NCBI RefSeq assembly: GCF_000017945.1
Contig: NC_009776.1
Span: 1,110,001-1,142,000 of the forward strand
Reading direction: 5' to 3'
DNA length: 32,000 nucleotides
Origin: Ignicoccus hospitalis KIN4/I
GTDB lineage: Archaea > Thermoproteota > Thermoprotei_A > Sulfolobales > Ignicoccaceae
In this document: piece after piece, positions 18,577 to 27,012 of the stretch
How positions within the stretch are numbered: position 1 is the first letter of the stretch
Layout: each line of letters begins with the position of its first letter
Made by a program: the position numbers and the translations under genes
Notes under the pieces: generated by a model
What the model was told of the DNA's origin: nothing
What the model saw: the letters and a program-made list of their open reading frames with translations, nothing else
Databases searched by the model: none

Positions 18577-19416
18577 TTGAGGGAAGTGAGCAAGCTAATT
18601 GAAGTCACTACGTCAGAAAAGGTAAAAAAGATAGAAGAGGTAGCAAAGCTCATGAGGAAGTACATAATCGAGATGGCCAGCGTAGAGAAGACCGTCCACC
18701 TAGGCTCCAGCATGTCCGTAGTGGAGATCTTGGCGACCATCTGGCTGGGCGCGATGGAGCCTAGGAAGTGCGACGAGAGGCCTACGGAGCACGACTGGTT
18801 GATCCTCAGTAAGGGCCACGCCGTACCGGCGTTCTACGCGCTGCTCGCCGCCCTGGAGCTCATACCCCCTCACTGGGTCAAGACCATAAGAGATATTTCC
18901 AGCCCCCTCCAAGGCCACCCGGACGACACCTTAGCTTGCGTTGACGCCCCCACGGGCAGCCTAGCCCAAGGCTTCAGCTTCGCCACCGGAGTCGCTAAGG
19001 GTCTAAAGATGAAGGGCAGCAAGAAGAGGGTTTACGTGGTCCTAGGCGACGGGGAGCTGGACGAGGGAGAGGTCTGGGAGGCCGCCTCCACTGCCGCCGC
19101 GCACTCCCTCGACAACTTAACGGCCGTAGTGGACTGGAACGGCTTCCAGCTCGACGGGGAGACATTCAAAGTAAAAAATAAAGGCGACTTAATAGGGAAG
19201 TGGAAGGCCTTCGGGTGGCACGTCATAGTGGTGGACGACGGCCACGACGTGGCGAGCTTGTTGGAGGCCTTGGAAGAGGCTAAAAATGTGAAGGGCAAAC
19301 CTACCGTCATATTGGCTAAGACCGTTAGGGGTAAGGGGGTTCCGAGCATAGAGGGGACCAAACAGCAGAGGATAGAGCCCTCCGAGGCGCGCAAGCTGCT
19401 CGAGGAGATGAGCTGA
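18577..19416 (+). CDS. Transketolase, N-terminal (TPP-binding) subunit
   Basis: GSSMSVVEILATIW, LSKGHAVPAFYALLAALE, LQGHPDDT, VVLGDGELDEGEVWEAASTAAAHSLDNLTAVVDWNGFQLDG; separate N-terminal half as in many archaea. Confidence 0.92.
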   Translation: MREVSKLIEVTTSEKVKKIEEVAKLMRKYIIEMASVEKTVHLGSSMSVVEILATIWLGAMEPRKCDERPTEHDWLILSKGHAVPAFYALLAALELIPPHWVKTIRDISSPLQGHPDDTLACVDAPTGSLAQGFSFATGVAKGLKMKGSKKRVYVVLGDGELDEGEVWEAASTAAAHSLDNLTAVVDWNGFQLDGETFKVKNKGDLIGKWKAFGWHVIVVDDGHDVASLLEALEEAKNVKGKPTVILAKTVRGKGVPSIEGTKQQRIEPSEARKLLEEMS

Positions 19417-19491
19417 ACTTTATAGCATCGCTCCCCTCCCCCCTCGGGGTGTGTAGCCTTTCCGATAAGGGACTGGCCGTACGAGAAGCTC

Positions 19492-19884
19492 TTGGAGAGG
19501 GCCTACAGCATGCTCCCGAGCAGGGTGGAGCACAAGGAGAGGTTCCAAGTGCCCAAGCCGAGGGTGCTAATAGTCGGAGACAAGACCATAGTACAGAACT
19601 TCAAACAAATATGCGACGTACTGAGGAGGGAACCAAAGATAGTGACCAAGTGGTTCGCCAAAGAGCTCGCCGTGCCAGTCCAAATAGGCGAGAGCGGGGA
19701 GATGGTGCTTACCGGGAGGTTCTCGCCCCAAATAATAGAGAGGTTGTTGCAGAAGTTCGTGGAGCAGTACGTCATATGCCCTACTTGTGGCGGGCCCGAC
19801 ACCGAGCTCATAAGGCTGGACAGGAAGGTGTGGATCCTAAGGTGTCACGTCTGCGGCGCGGAGACCCCCGTGCCGCCCTTGTGA
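19492..19884 (+). CDS. Translation initiation factor aIF2 beta subunit (start codon uncertain, coding probably extends upstream)
   Basis: RVLIVGDKTIVQNFKQICDVLRREPKIVTKWFAKELAVPVQIGESGEMVLTGRFSPQIIERLLQKFVEQYVICPTCGGPDTELIRLDRKVWILRCHVCGAETPVPPL with C-terminal zinc ribbon. Confidence 0.93.
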   Translation: MERAYSMLPSRVEHKERFQVPKPRVLIVGDKTIVQNFKQICDVLRREPKIVTKWFAKELAVPVQIGESGEMVLTGRFSPQIIERLLQKFVEQYVICPTCGGPDTELIRLDRKVWILRCHVCGAETPVPPL

Positions 19885-19896
19885 GGTGGAGCGTCC

Positions 19897-20088
19897 ATGA
19901 AGTATTGCCCCCGCTGCAAGTCACCCATGGAACTCAATATAGAGAAGAGCGTTTCCTCCGACGGGACGGTGAAGGTCCTCTACTTCTACCGGTGCAAGGC
20001 ATGTGGCTACAGGCTGGAGGACGCTGTGTTGCTAATGAAGAAGGGCGACGGGGGCTACGAGGTTAAAGCAGTAGAATACCTAGATTGA
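19897..20088 (+). CDS. Small zinc-ribbon protein (RpoM/TFIIS-like finger)
   Basis: 63 aa; CPRC...CKAC arrangement: MKYCPRCKSPMELNIEKSVSSDGTVKVLYFYRCKACGYRLEDAV. Confidence 0.7.
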   Translation: MKYCPRCKSPMELNIEKSVSSDGTVKVLYFYRCKACGYRLEDAVLLMKKGDGGYEVKAVEYLD

Positions 20089-20093
20089 GGGCT

Positions 20094-22403
20094 TCACGAC
20101 TCCAGTTTTATTTCTTCGACCACCTCGACCCTCCTATACCACTGCGCGGCGAGCGCGGCCATGCCCACCACGGACGCGAGGAGCAGCAGCGCCTCTAGCC
20201 TCCAGTCGGCTTCGTGGGGGATCAAGTAGACCTCGGAGAGCCTCCCGGCCACGTAAGCGCCCACCGTCTCTTCGACCAAGAGTGAGGGGATTAGGGCCGC
20301 CGCCGCCACGAGCCCCCACTTCGTCAAGGATACGGTAAGGTACTCCTTGCTGGTTAGGCCCAGGGACTTCAAGAGCGCTAAGAACCTACTCTTCAGCACG
20401 ACGTCGCTGAAGCTGAAGGTCGCTAGGGCGAGTACTACTATTGAGGTCCCCAACAAGGTAGTTAGGGAAGTTGAGAGGGCCACTTGCCTCAAGTTGTCCC
20501 TCAGCTCCCTCTCGAACTCCGTCCAAGTTAGGGAGGTCGCCGCGTAGGCGTTTGAGACGAACGTGGCGTGGACCTCCTTGGCTATCTCCAGCTCCGGGGA
20601 TCCGGAGACGTAAATCACCATGACGCTGTACTCCCTCGCGGGGAGGTAGGCCTTAGGGAGTATCACGGTAGGCGGGAACATCGGGTAGGAGAAGATCCCG
20701 CTTACCTTGACCTCAAAGGCCCTCTTAACCCCCTTGCTCTCCACCTCTACTTTGACTATGTCTCCCACCTTCAGCCCCATCTCGTGGGCCAAGAGGTCGC
20801 TCACAGCTATTTCCCCTCGGCCGGGGTACTTGCCGGCCACCAAGCGGGGGGCGAGGTCCCAACAGCTCCCCTTGAGGGCTTGAAGGCAAGCCTTGCCGTA
20901 GACGGGGACCTCCTCGCCGTCCTTCACTATTTTAACCTTGAAGTTGACCGAGCCGTAGAGGCTCTCCACCCAAACGCTCATCGAGCTGTAGCCCTTCAAC
21001 CCCTCGAGCTGCGGGAGCACGTACCCTACGGGGGGACTTATCTTAGGTATTTTTAGGAAGGTCACCGCCACGTCGTAGTACTTTGGGACTTCAACCTTTG
21101 TAAGGCCTTCCTTGATGAGAGTTGGGATGGTGATAAGGCTCAAGGTTAGTGACAATAGAACCACCGCCGCAAGGAACCTCCACGTCGCCGCCTTGTTCTC
21201 TGAGACCGCTATCATGACTCGGAAAGGCAAAGAGCTCTCCATGCTTAACCTGACCTTCAATCCGTAGAACCTCAGCGCCTCCACGAGGTTCATCTTACTT
21301 ATTGCTATTATAGACGTCAAGATTGTTAATACAGTAGTTAAGGCGGACATGGCAAACACCGCCAAGACAGTCTTGGGACTCACGGTAAGGGTAACGAAGG
21401 CCTTGAGGGGTTCCAGCCTGGGGTGGGACAGGGCGACGTTCACTGAGCTTATCGCCACAGCAGTTCCGAAGAGCAGCGCGAGGAGGGTCCCTAGGAACAC
21501 TCTGGAGCCCCACACGCCGCTCAAGTACAGCGTCATGTCCTTTAGCGAGGCGCCTATCGACCTTAGCGTAGCTACCTCTCTGACGTTCCTCTCGATGTAT
21601 ATCACGCTAACTATCAACAAAACTATCGTTACGACGGCCCAAGATATCTCTGACATAACTTCTAAGACGTTCGAGCTCTCTAATATCACGTCCTCTCCGG
21701 GGTAGAACAGCAAGTCCCTCTTCGAGTCGAACACAAGCGCGACGAAGCCTCCGACATCCTTTATTACTTCTTTAACCTTCTTAGCCCCGTCGGGGTCGTC
21801 GGTAACAACGCTGTAGACCGTGTAGCCTCCGAACTCCCTCTTGAGCCTCTCGCCGTCCTCCTCGTTCAAGAAGAGCACCGGACCCGCCGGCAAGGGGAGT
21901 CCGCCCTCCGCATAACCCACTACCTTCTCTACGAACGGTTCCACGGGGTTCAGCGTGACAACGGGATAGACCCTTAACACCATCCCGGGCTTGACGAACT
22001 CCGCGCTCCCCTTTAACAAGACTGCTTCTCCTTGGCGCAAGTTGGGGGCCTTGAACCCCCCGAGCAAGGTGTCGTTCCGGTACGCGGCCTCGGAATAGCC
22101 CAACAACAGGGGGACCGTCGAGTTACAACACTCCCCGTAAGAAGGGACCACTGCGTAGCCGGTGAAGTCCTTGACCCAGCTGAGGTTTTTCATGATTTCG
22201 TCCACGTAGTAGGGTATGTAGCCGAGGACCACTATGTCCCCATAACTCATCGTGAGGTAGTTAGAGAACAGAGGGAGGAGGGTGTCCTTTAAGACTTGGG
22301 AGGTTACGTACATACTTAATGAGAACGCAACCATTAACGATATAACTAAGGTCTCAACGGCTTTCTTCCTCGCAGTTTTGATACCTACCTTCAGCGCCGA
22401 CAA
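20094..22403 (-). CDS. ABC transporter permease, FtsX/MacB-like
   Basis: 769 aa, N-terminal TM plus clusters of TMs; ERNVREVATLRSIGASLKDMTLYLSG and KSRFLALLKSLGLTSKEYLTVSLTKWGLVAAAALIP are FtsX-domain features. Confidence 0.85.
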   Translation of the reverse strand: MSALKVGIKTARKKAVETLVISLMVAFSLSMYVTSQVLKDTLLPLFSNYLTMSYGDIVVLGYIPYYVDEIMKNLSWVKDFTGYAVVPSYGECCNSTVPLLLGYSEAAYRNDTLLGGFKAPNLRQGEAVLLKGSAEFVKPGMVLRVYPVVTLNPVEPFVEKVVGYAEGGLPLPAGPVLFLNEEDGERLKREFGGYTVYSVVTDDPDGAKKVKEVIKDVGGFVALVFDSKRDLLFYPGEDVILESSNVLEVMSEISWAVVTIVLLIVSVIYIERNVREVATLRSIGASLKDMTLYLSGVWGSRVFLGTLLALLFGTAVAISSVNVALSHPRLEPLKAFVTLTVSPKTVLAVFAMSALTTVLTILTSIIAISKMNLVEALRFYGLKVRLSMESSLPFRVMIAVSENKAATWRFLAAVVLLSLTLSLITIPTLIKEGLTKVEVPKYYDVAVTFLKIPKISPPVGYVLPQLEGLKGYSSMSVWVESLYGSVNFKVKIVKDGEEVPVYGKACLQALKGSCWDLAPRLVAGKYPGRGEIAVSDLLAHEMGLKVGDIVKVEVESKGVKRAFEVKVSGIFSYPMFPPTVILPKAYLPAREYSVMVIYVSGSPELEIAKEVHATFVSNAYAATSLTWTEFERELRDNLRQVALSTSLTTLLGTSIVVLALATFSFSDVVLKSRFLALLKSLGLTSKEYLTVSLTKWGLVAAAALIPSLLVEETVGAYVAGRLSEVYLIPHEADWRLEALLLLASVVGMAALAAQWYRRVEVVEEIKLES

Positions 22404-23062
22404 TTCAACCTACCCCCCTCCAAAGCGCAGACTGCGTCGGCGACGGCGACTATCTCCTCCTCGTGAGTGCTAACTATAGCGCACCCGCCGGAGTCCGCGA
22501 ACTCCCTAATTATGCTCGCGACTAACCTCCTATTCCCTTTGTCCAAGTTGGAGGCGGGCTCGTCCGCCACCAGTATCTTGGGCGAGTTCGCCAAAGCTCT
22601 GGCGACGGCCGCCCTCTGCTGCTCCCCTCCGGAGAGCTCCGTCGGGTAGCGTTCGAGCTTATCGCCTAACCCTAGCCTCTCTAACAACATTTTCGCCCTC
22701 AGCTTGGCCTTGTGCGGAGGCATCCCGACCAACTCCATGGGAAGCATGACGTTCTCGAGAACGGTCAAGGTAGGTATCAACTGCAAGCTCTGGAACACCA
22801 CGCCTACGTTGTGTCTCCTCCACTTGGCCCTCCACTCCTCGCTCTTGAGGACCTTTTTGCCCAAGTGAAATATTGAGCCCCTATCCGGGTAGTCTACCGT
22901 AGAGATCAAGTGGAGGAGCGTGCTCTTCCCGGAGCCCGAGGGGCCCACCACCGCAACCACTTCCCCGAAGCCCGCCTCGAGGTCGACCCCCCGGAGGACC
23001 TCCACCCTCTGAGGGCCGACCCGATAGCCCTTCCAGACCCCCCTGGCGGCCACGCACGACAA
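22391..23062 (-). CDS. ABC transporter ATP-binding protein (LolD/MacB-type)
   Basis: Walker A GPSGSGKST, signature LSGGEQQRAAVARALA, Walker B ILVADEPAS; overlaps the permease by 13 nt. True start may be GTG 23053. Confidence 0.93.
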   Translation of the reverse strand: MSCVAARGVWKGYRVGPQRVEVLRGVDLEAGFGEVVAVVGPSGSGKSTLLHLISTVDYPDRGSIFHLGKKVLKSEEWRAKWRRHNVGVVFQSLQLIPTLTVLENVMLPMELVGMPPHKAKLRAKMLLERLGLGDKLERYPTELSGGEQQRAAVARALANSPKILVADEPASNLDKGNRRLVASIIREFADSGGCAIVSTHEEEIVAVADAVCALEGGRLNCRR

Positions 23063-23119
23063 GCCTTCGGACCGGTCCCCAACTTGCCGGCAAGGCTAAA
23101 AGAAGTGTCGTTTCCTCAC

Positions 23120-23983
23120 TTACTCTTCTTGGACGCTCCTCCTCAAGTCCGGCGACGCCGTCCAGCCCCGCGAGGCGTCGTAGTATATCAAGCCGTCTTC
23201 CCTTAGAGCCTCGAACAACTTGAACAGCCTCTCGTCGTTTAGAGCTTCCATGACCTCTTCCTCGGAGCTCCCGGCCTCCGAGAGCCTCTGCCAGAACTCC
23301 TCCCAAGCCTCCGGGTGCACCACCACGCGGCCGTGCTTGGTTGTTTCAATGACCAAAGCCCCGCTCTTCTTCAACTTTTCGATGAGCTTGTCCACGTTTC
23401 TGGCGAACGCCATGTCTTCCTCGAAGTTAACCTTCCTTTCCCTCAAAATATCCATTGCCGATCGCTTTTTCTTTTTATCGTACGTCTTTTCGACAGTCAC
23501 GGGCGCTTCCTTACGAACCTCCTCGTGCTCCGGCTGCGGAGCCTTGTACTTCTCTTCCAGCTCCTCAACCCTCTCCAAGAGCTCCCCCAACTGGCGGGAG
23601 AGGGAGTCCACCTTCTGGCTCCACGGGTTTATCATGTCGACCACTTTCCTCTCTATCCTCTTAACGGCCTCGTCGACAAGCTTGTTAAGCAGCTCCTTCT
23701 CGTCCAAGTTGAGCCCCTCTATAGCTATTGAGGACAGCTTGCTCTCGAGGGCCTCTTCGATGAGCTTCCATACAGCCTCTTGCAGCTTCGTCGGCAGTTC
23801 GCCCCTCTCCAGCCTCTCTATCCTAGCCTCCAACGCCCTGGGGTTGAAGGGAGACCTCTCGAGCTCTCTGGAGAGAACTTCAAGCACGTAATCCGTCACT
23901 AAGGCGTAACCCTCTTCCTTTGCCCTCCTCTCCAACTCCTCGTAGAAGTCGTCGCTGACCCTCAACACTATCTTTTTGGTCAC
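23120..23983 (-). CDS. Ribbon-helix-helix (CopG-like) plus long coiled-coil protein, unknown function
   Basis: N-terminus MTKKIVLRVSDDFYEELERRAKEEGYALVTDYVLEVLSREL resembles RHH; heptad-rich middle (VDSLSRQLGELLERVEELEEKY). Confidence 0.7.
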   Translation of the reverse strand: MTKKIVLRVSDDFYEELERRAKEEGYALVTDYVLEVLSRELERSPFNPRALEARIERLERGELPTKLQEAVWKLIEEALESKLSSIAIEGLNLDEKELLNKLVDEAVKRIERKVVDMINPWSQKVDSLSRQLGELLERVEELEEKYKAPQPEHEEVRKEAPVTVEKTYDKKKKRSAMDILRERKVNFEEDMAFARNVDKLIEKLKKSGALVIETTKHGRVVVHPEAWEEFWQRLSEAGSSEEEVMEALNDERLFKLFEALREDGLIYYDASRGWTASPDLRRSVQEE

Positions 23984-24024
23984 CGCCAGTACCCGAAGGC
24001 CCTTTACGTTTCGGCGAACATAAA

Positions 24025-24537
24025 GTGAGGGGAAAGGCGTTGAAGAAAGTGTTACCAGTACCCAAGGAGTTCAAGCCCGGAGACCGCTTCGTGGCTGTGG
24101 GAACCTTACCCCTCTGCGAGGGCTGTATGCTCAAGGAGAGGTGCGAGGAGTACAAGCGGGGCTGGATTTACGAGGTGAAGGGCAAGGTAGGACTGGTGGA
24201 ACACGACTGTAAGGTACACGGAAAGGTGGTCATGGGAGAGGTGGAGGAAGTAGGGATACCCTTGATCTTGCCAAAGAGGTTAGCAATCGAGGGGGCGACT
24301 GTCGAGTATACGCCCTCCAAGTGTACTAACAAGAAGTGCCCGCACTGGAGGGACTGCACCGCCCCTTGGGGGGAGAGGGTGAAGGTGAAGGTGAGGGAGG
24401 TCCTCGAGGAGGTCCAATGTCCCTTGGGACTCCCGTTGGTAAGGGTGATCGGCGTGCCCGTGGAGGTTAAGAGGAGAACCAGGAGAAACATTAAAAAAGG
24501 GAAGGGGGGTCACGGAAAACGGGGGTTGGCCCCGTAG
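24025..24537 (+). CDS. UPF0179 family protein
   Basis: PGDRFVAVGTLPLCEGCMLKERCEEYKRGWIYEVKGKVGLVEHDCKVHGKVVMGEVEEV..CTNKKCPHWRDCTAPWG. Start may be TTG 24040 by TATA spacing. Confidence 0.8.
   Translation: MRGKALKKVLPVPKEFKPGDRFVAVGTLPLCEGCMLKERCEEYKRGWIYEVKGKVGLVEHDCKVHGKVVMGEVEEVGIPLILPKRLAIEGATVEYTPSKCTNKKCPHWRDCTAPWGERVKVKVREVLEEVQCPLGLPLVRVIGVPVEVKRRTRRNIKKGKGGHGKRGLAP
24491..24500 (+). promoter_or_regulatory. TATA box of tRNA-Arg, located inside the UPF0179 coding sequence
   Basis: TTAAAAAAGG centred ~33 nt upstream of the mature tRNA 5' end at 24528. Confidence 0.5.
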
Positions 24538-24624
24538 CTCAGCCAGGACAGAGCGCCGGCCTCCTATCCCGTGCGGGGTTGGGAAAGCCGGTGGTCCGGG
24601 GTTCAAATCCCCGCGGGGCCGCCA
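24528..24624 (+). tRNA. tRNA-Arg (anticodon CCT) with a ~19-nt intron after position 37; 3' CCA encoded
   Basis: Acceptor GGCCCCG/CGGGGCC, D-arm GCTC..GAGC, anticodon stem CCGGC/GCCGG, loop CTCCTA^A with intron 24567-24585 (TCCCGTGCGGGGTTGGGAA), T-arm CGGGG-TTCAAAT-CCCCG, discriminator G, CCA at 24622-24624. Confidence 0.95.
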
Positions 24625-24894
24625 CGGCCTCGCCGGGCTCCTACACTTACCCCCTCTCCCGACCCTCCCGAAAGGGGTCTCAGAACGCGTAGCGACCGAA
24701 CTCACGATCCCTACTGTCGCCACGTCCTCGCCCGCTAGGCAATCTCGTGCTAAAAGACAGGGTCGACGCCTCGGCGTAAGCGTTTGATCCGTTGGACTTT
24801 GAGGAAACAATAGGCGTTATGTAACTGTCAGTAGGGACCGTAACTACGTTTTGGCGCCAAGTTGAGTACGGCAAAACCCTTCGAACTTGTGCGC

Positions 24895-25416
24895 CTAAGC
24901 GCGCTGCCCCCTCAAGGCTCCTACCCTCTCCAGCAGAACCTCCCATAAGTCGCGGAAGGCCAAAGCGCTCAACGCTCCTCCCACTACGTCCAGCGGGTAG
25001 TGCGCGCAGAGCTGAACGCGCGACCACGCGACCAGAGCCGCGTAGGTTAACATAGGGTACCTCCAGACCCCTTCGAGCTCGAGCGCCAGCCAGAAGGCCC
25101 TCGCCGTGTGGCCGGAGGGGTAGCCCGGGGTTAGGTGGCCAGAGCCCTCCGGCCTGGGGGTGTGGAACGAGTACTTGAGGACGAGCACGAACGCGTTCAG
25201 GGCGAGCCCCTCTAGCACTATTTTGTAGTCTTTCCTAACGTAGGCTAGTATAGCCGTGTAGAGGAGGAACGGGAAGAAGTTCATAGTAGTGCTTATCCAG
25301 AAGGCCACGCTCTCAAGGCCGGGTAGCTTGAAGCAAGGCACGGACGTCGAGAAGGGCGCCAAGGATACCAATAAGAAAGAGCTAAGAAGCGGCCTCCACT
25401 TCCAGCTCCTCGCCAT
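24895..25416 (-). CDS. PAP2-superfamily membrane phosphatase
   Basis: PAP2 motifs KYSFHTPRP, YPSGHTARAF, SRVQLCAHYPLDVVGG; its ORF overlaps the end of L15 by 35 nt so the start is probably further in. Confidence 0.88.
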   Translation of the reverse strand: MARSWKWRPLLSSFLLVSLAPFSTSVPCFKLPGLESVAFWISTTMNFFPFLLYTAILAYVRKDYKIVLEGLALNAFVLVLKYSFHTPRPEGSGHLTPGYPSGHTARAFWLALELEGVWRYPMLTYAALVAWSRVQLCAHYPLDVVGGALSALAFRDLWEVLLERVGALRGQRA

Positions 25417-25828
25417 CGGGGGTTACCACCTTCCCCCCGGCGGCCTTGACCTTTTGAATGGCCTTCTTGCTCGCGAACGCAACTATTACAGTGTAGCTCC
25501 CCTTGACCTTCCCGAAGCCTAACAGCTTGTTGTAGCCCATGGCTGCTAAGTCTATCACGTTTGTGTTCAGTTTCCTAGCGAGTTCGTCGAGCTCTCCCAC
25601 GTTGATTTCCTTAATTTCCACTCTGTCCTCGGGGGGCAAGTGGAAGCCGTACTTACCGAAGTAGCCCGGGCTCTTGGCGGTGACCCACGTCCAGAAGTGC
25701 TTGTGCATGCCGGCGCGGCCGAACCCTCCGCGCGCGCCGCTCCTGCGGTGCTGGCCTATCCTGCCCCAGCCCATAGTTCTGGTCCTTCCCCTCAGCTTCC
25801 TGCTCTTCCTCCTACGCCTTACCACCAA
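25382..25828 (-). CDS. rpl15: 50S ribosomal protein L15
   Basis: MVVRRRRKSRKLRGRTRTMGWGRIGQHRRSGARGGFGRAGMHKH. Confidence 0.95.
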   Translation of the reverse strand: MVVRRRRKSRKLRGRTRTMGWGRIGQHRRSGARGGFGRAGMHKHFWTWVTAKSPGYFGKYGFHLPPEDRVEIKEINVGELDELARKLNTNVIDLAAMGYNKLLGFGKVKGSYTVIVAFASKKAIQKVKAAGGKVVTPDGEELEVEAAS

Positions 25829-25877
25829 AGTTACTCACCCCGGCCGACGGGCTTTCCAATGTTTTAGGCCTTTGTGG

Positions 25878-26357
25878 TCAGAGCATCCTCAAAACCAGTT
25901 CGTTTATGGCCTCCCCGCGGTAGCCGGCCTCCCCTCCGGAGCGGTAAGGCTTCTTGATGCTCTTCTTGAAGCCGCCCCTGGGCGGGTGTAGCCTGAAGAA
26001 GGGCTTGATCGCCTCCTGCTTGTGAAGCACCACCTCGCCGTTAATTATCTTCTCCGCGAGCTCTTCGAAGCTGTTCACCCCGAACTTCTCCTTTATGTAC
26101 TCTGGGGTGAGCTTCTTGTCGCCTGGCGCCCTCCCCCTAACCTCCAAGAGCTTCGCCAGCACGTCCTTCCTTATCTCGCCCCAAGTTATCCACGCTTGTG
26201 CCTTCCTCAGCATGCCTTCGAGGCCCGGCAAGTCCGCCGGGTAGACCACGGCCGCATACCTCCTCAACAGCCTCAAGTTCTCCAGAGTCTTCCTCACGTC
26301 CGGGTGCGCGTCAGGCTCTCCCTTTATCCTAATAATTAGGTACAACTTCTTGCTCAT
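25878..26357 (-). CDS. rpl30: 50S ribosomal protein L30
   Basis: LYLIIRIKGEPDAHPDVRKTLENLRLLRRYAAVVYPADLPGLEGMLRKAQAWITWGEI; operon position. Confidence 0.95.
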   Translation of the reverse strand: MSKKLYLIIRIKGEPDAHPDVRKTLENLRLLRRYAAVVYPADLPGLEGMLRKAQAWITWGEIRKDVLAKLLEVRGRAPGDKKLTPEYIKEKFGVNSFEELAEKIINGEVVLHKQEAIKPFFRLHPPRGGFKKSIKKPYRSGGEAGYRGEAINELVLRML

Positions 26358-26370
26358 CCCTCAACACCCC

Positions 26371-27006
26371 TCACTGCTGTTGTACCCAGTCCCACGGGGC
26401 GAGGAACTTGTAAGTCTGCTTCAGCGCGTTGAAGGTAGCCTTGGCGAAGTTGTGGGTAGTCCTAGTTTCTCCTTCCGTGTGCGTCCAGACGTCCTTGATC
26501 CCCGCGTACCGAAGGACGGCCTTCGCGACGTCACCCGCCACCAGCCCGGTGCCTCTCGGCGCGGGCTTGAGGATCACCTCGACGCTGCCGCTCTTGCCCC
26601 TTACGGTGAAGGGCACGCTGTGGGGCTCCCCGCATGTGCACTCCCAGCTGCCGCACCCCCTCCTGACCGGAGTTATGTTGAGCTTGGCGTTCGCGAGCGC
26701 CTTCTGTATCGCGAACCTCATCTGCTTTGCCTTGCCCATGCCGAGGCCGACCAGGCCGTCCTCGTTGCCTATTACGACCAGCACCCTAAGCCTAGTGACC
26801 CTTCCGGCGTCGGTCACCTTCTGAACCAAGCTGACGTCCAATACTTCGTGCTTCAAGTCCGGAACCAGATAATCTACTATCTCCGGCTCCAATATCGGCA
26901 AGTTCTTCTCGAAGAGCTCGTATATGCTAGTTATCTTGCCTTCCTTAACCATCCTCCCTACTCTGGTCCTCGGGACCCACTCCTCCGCGGAAACGGTCAC
27001 CGCCAC
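26371..27006 (-). CDS. rps5: 30S ribosomal protein S5
   Basis: [30 protein letters not shown]...[19 protein letters not shown]...[18 protein letters not shown]. Confidence 0.96.
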   Translation of the reverse strand: MAVTVSAEEWVPRTRVGRMVKEGKITSIYELFEKNLPILEPEIVDYLVPDLKHEVLDVSLVQKVTDAGRVTRLRVLVVIGNEDGLVGLGMGKAKQMRFAIQKALANAKLNITPVRRGCGSWECTCGEPHSVPFTVRGKSGSVEVILKPAPRGTGLVAGDVAKAVLRYAGIKDVWTHTEGETRTTHNFAKATFNALKQTYKFLAPWDWVQQQ

Positions 27007-27012
27007 TTCGCG

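Noticed and set aside
24680-25027. 115-aa minus-strand ORF in the tRNA/PAP2 gap
   Set aside because: It overlaps the PAP2 coding sequence in another frame, is low-complexity Ser/Arg-rich, and has no recognisable domain.
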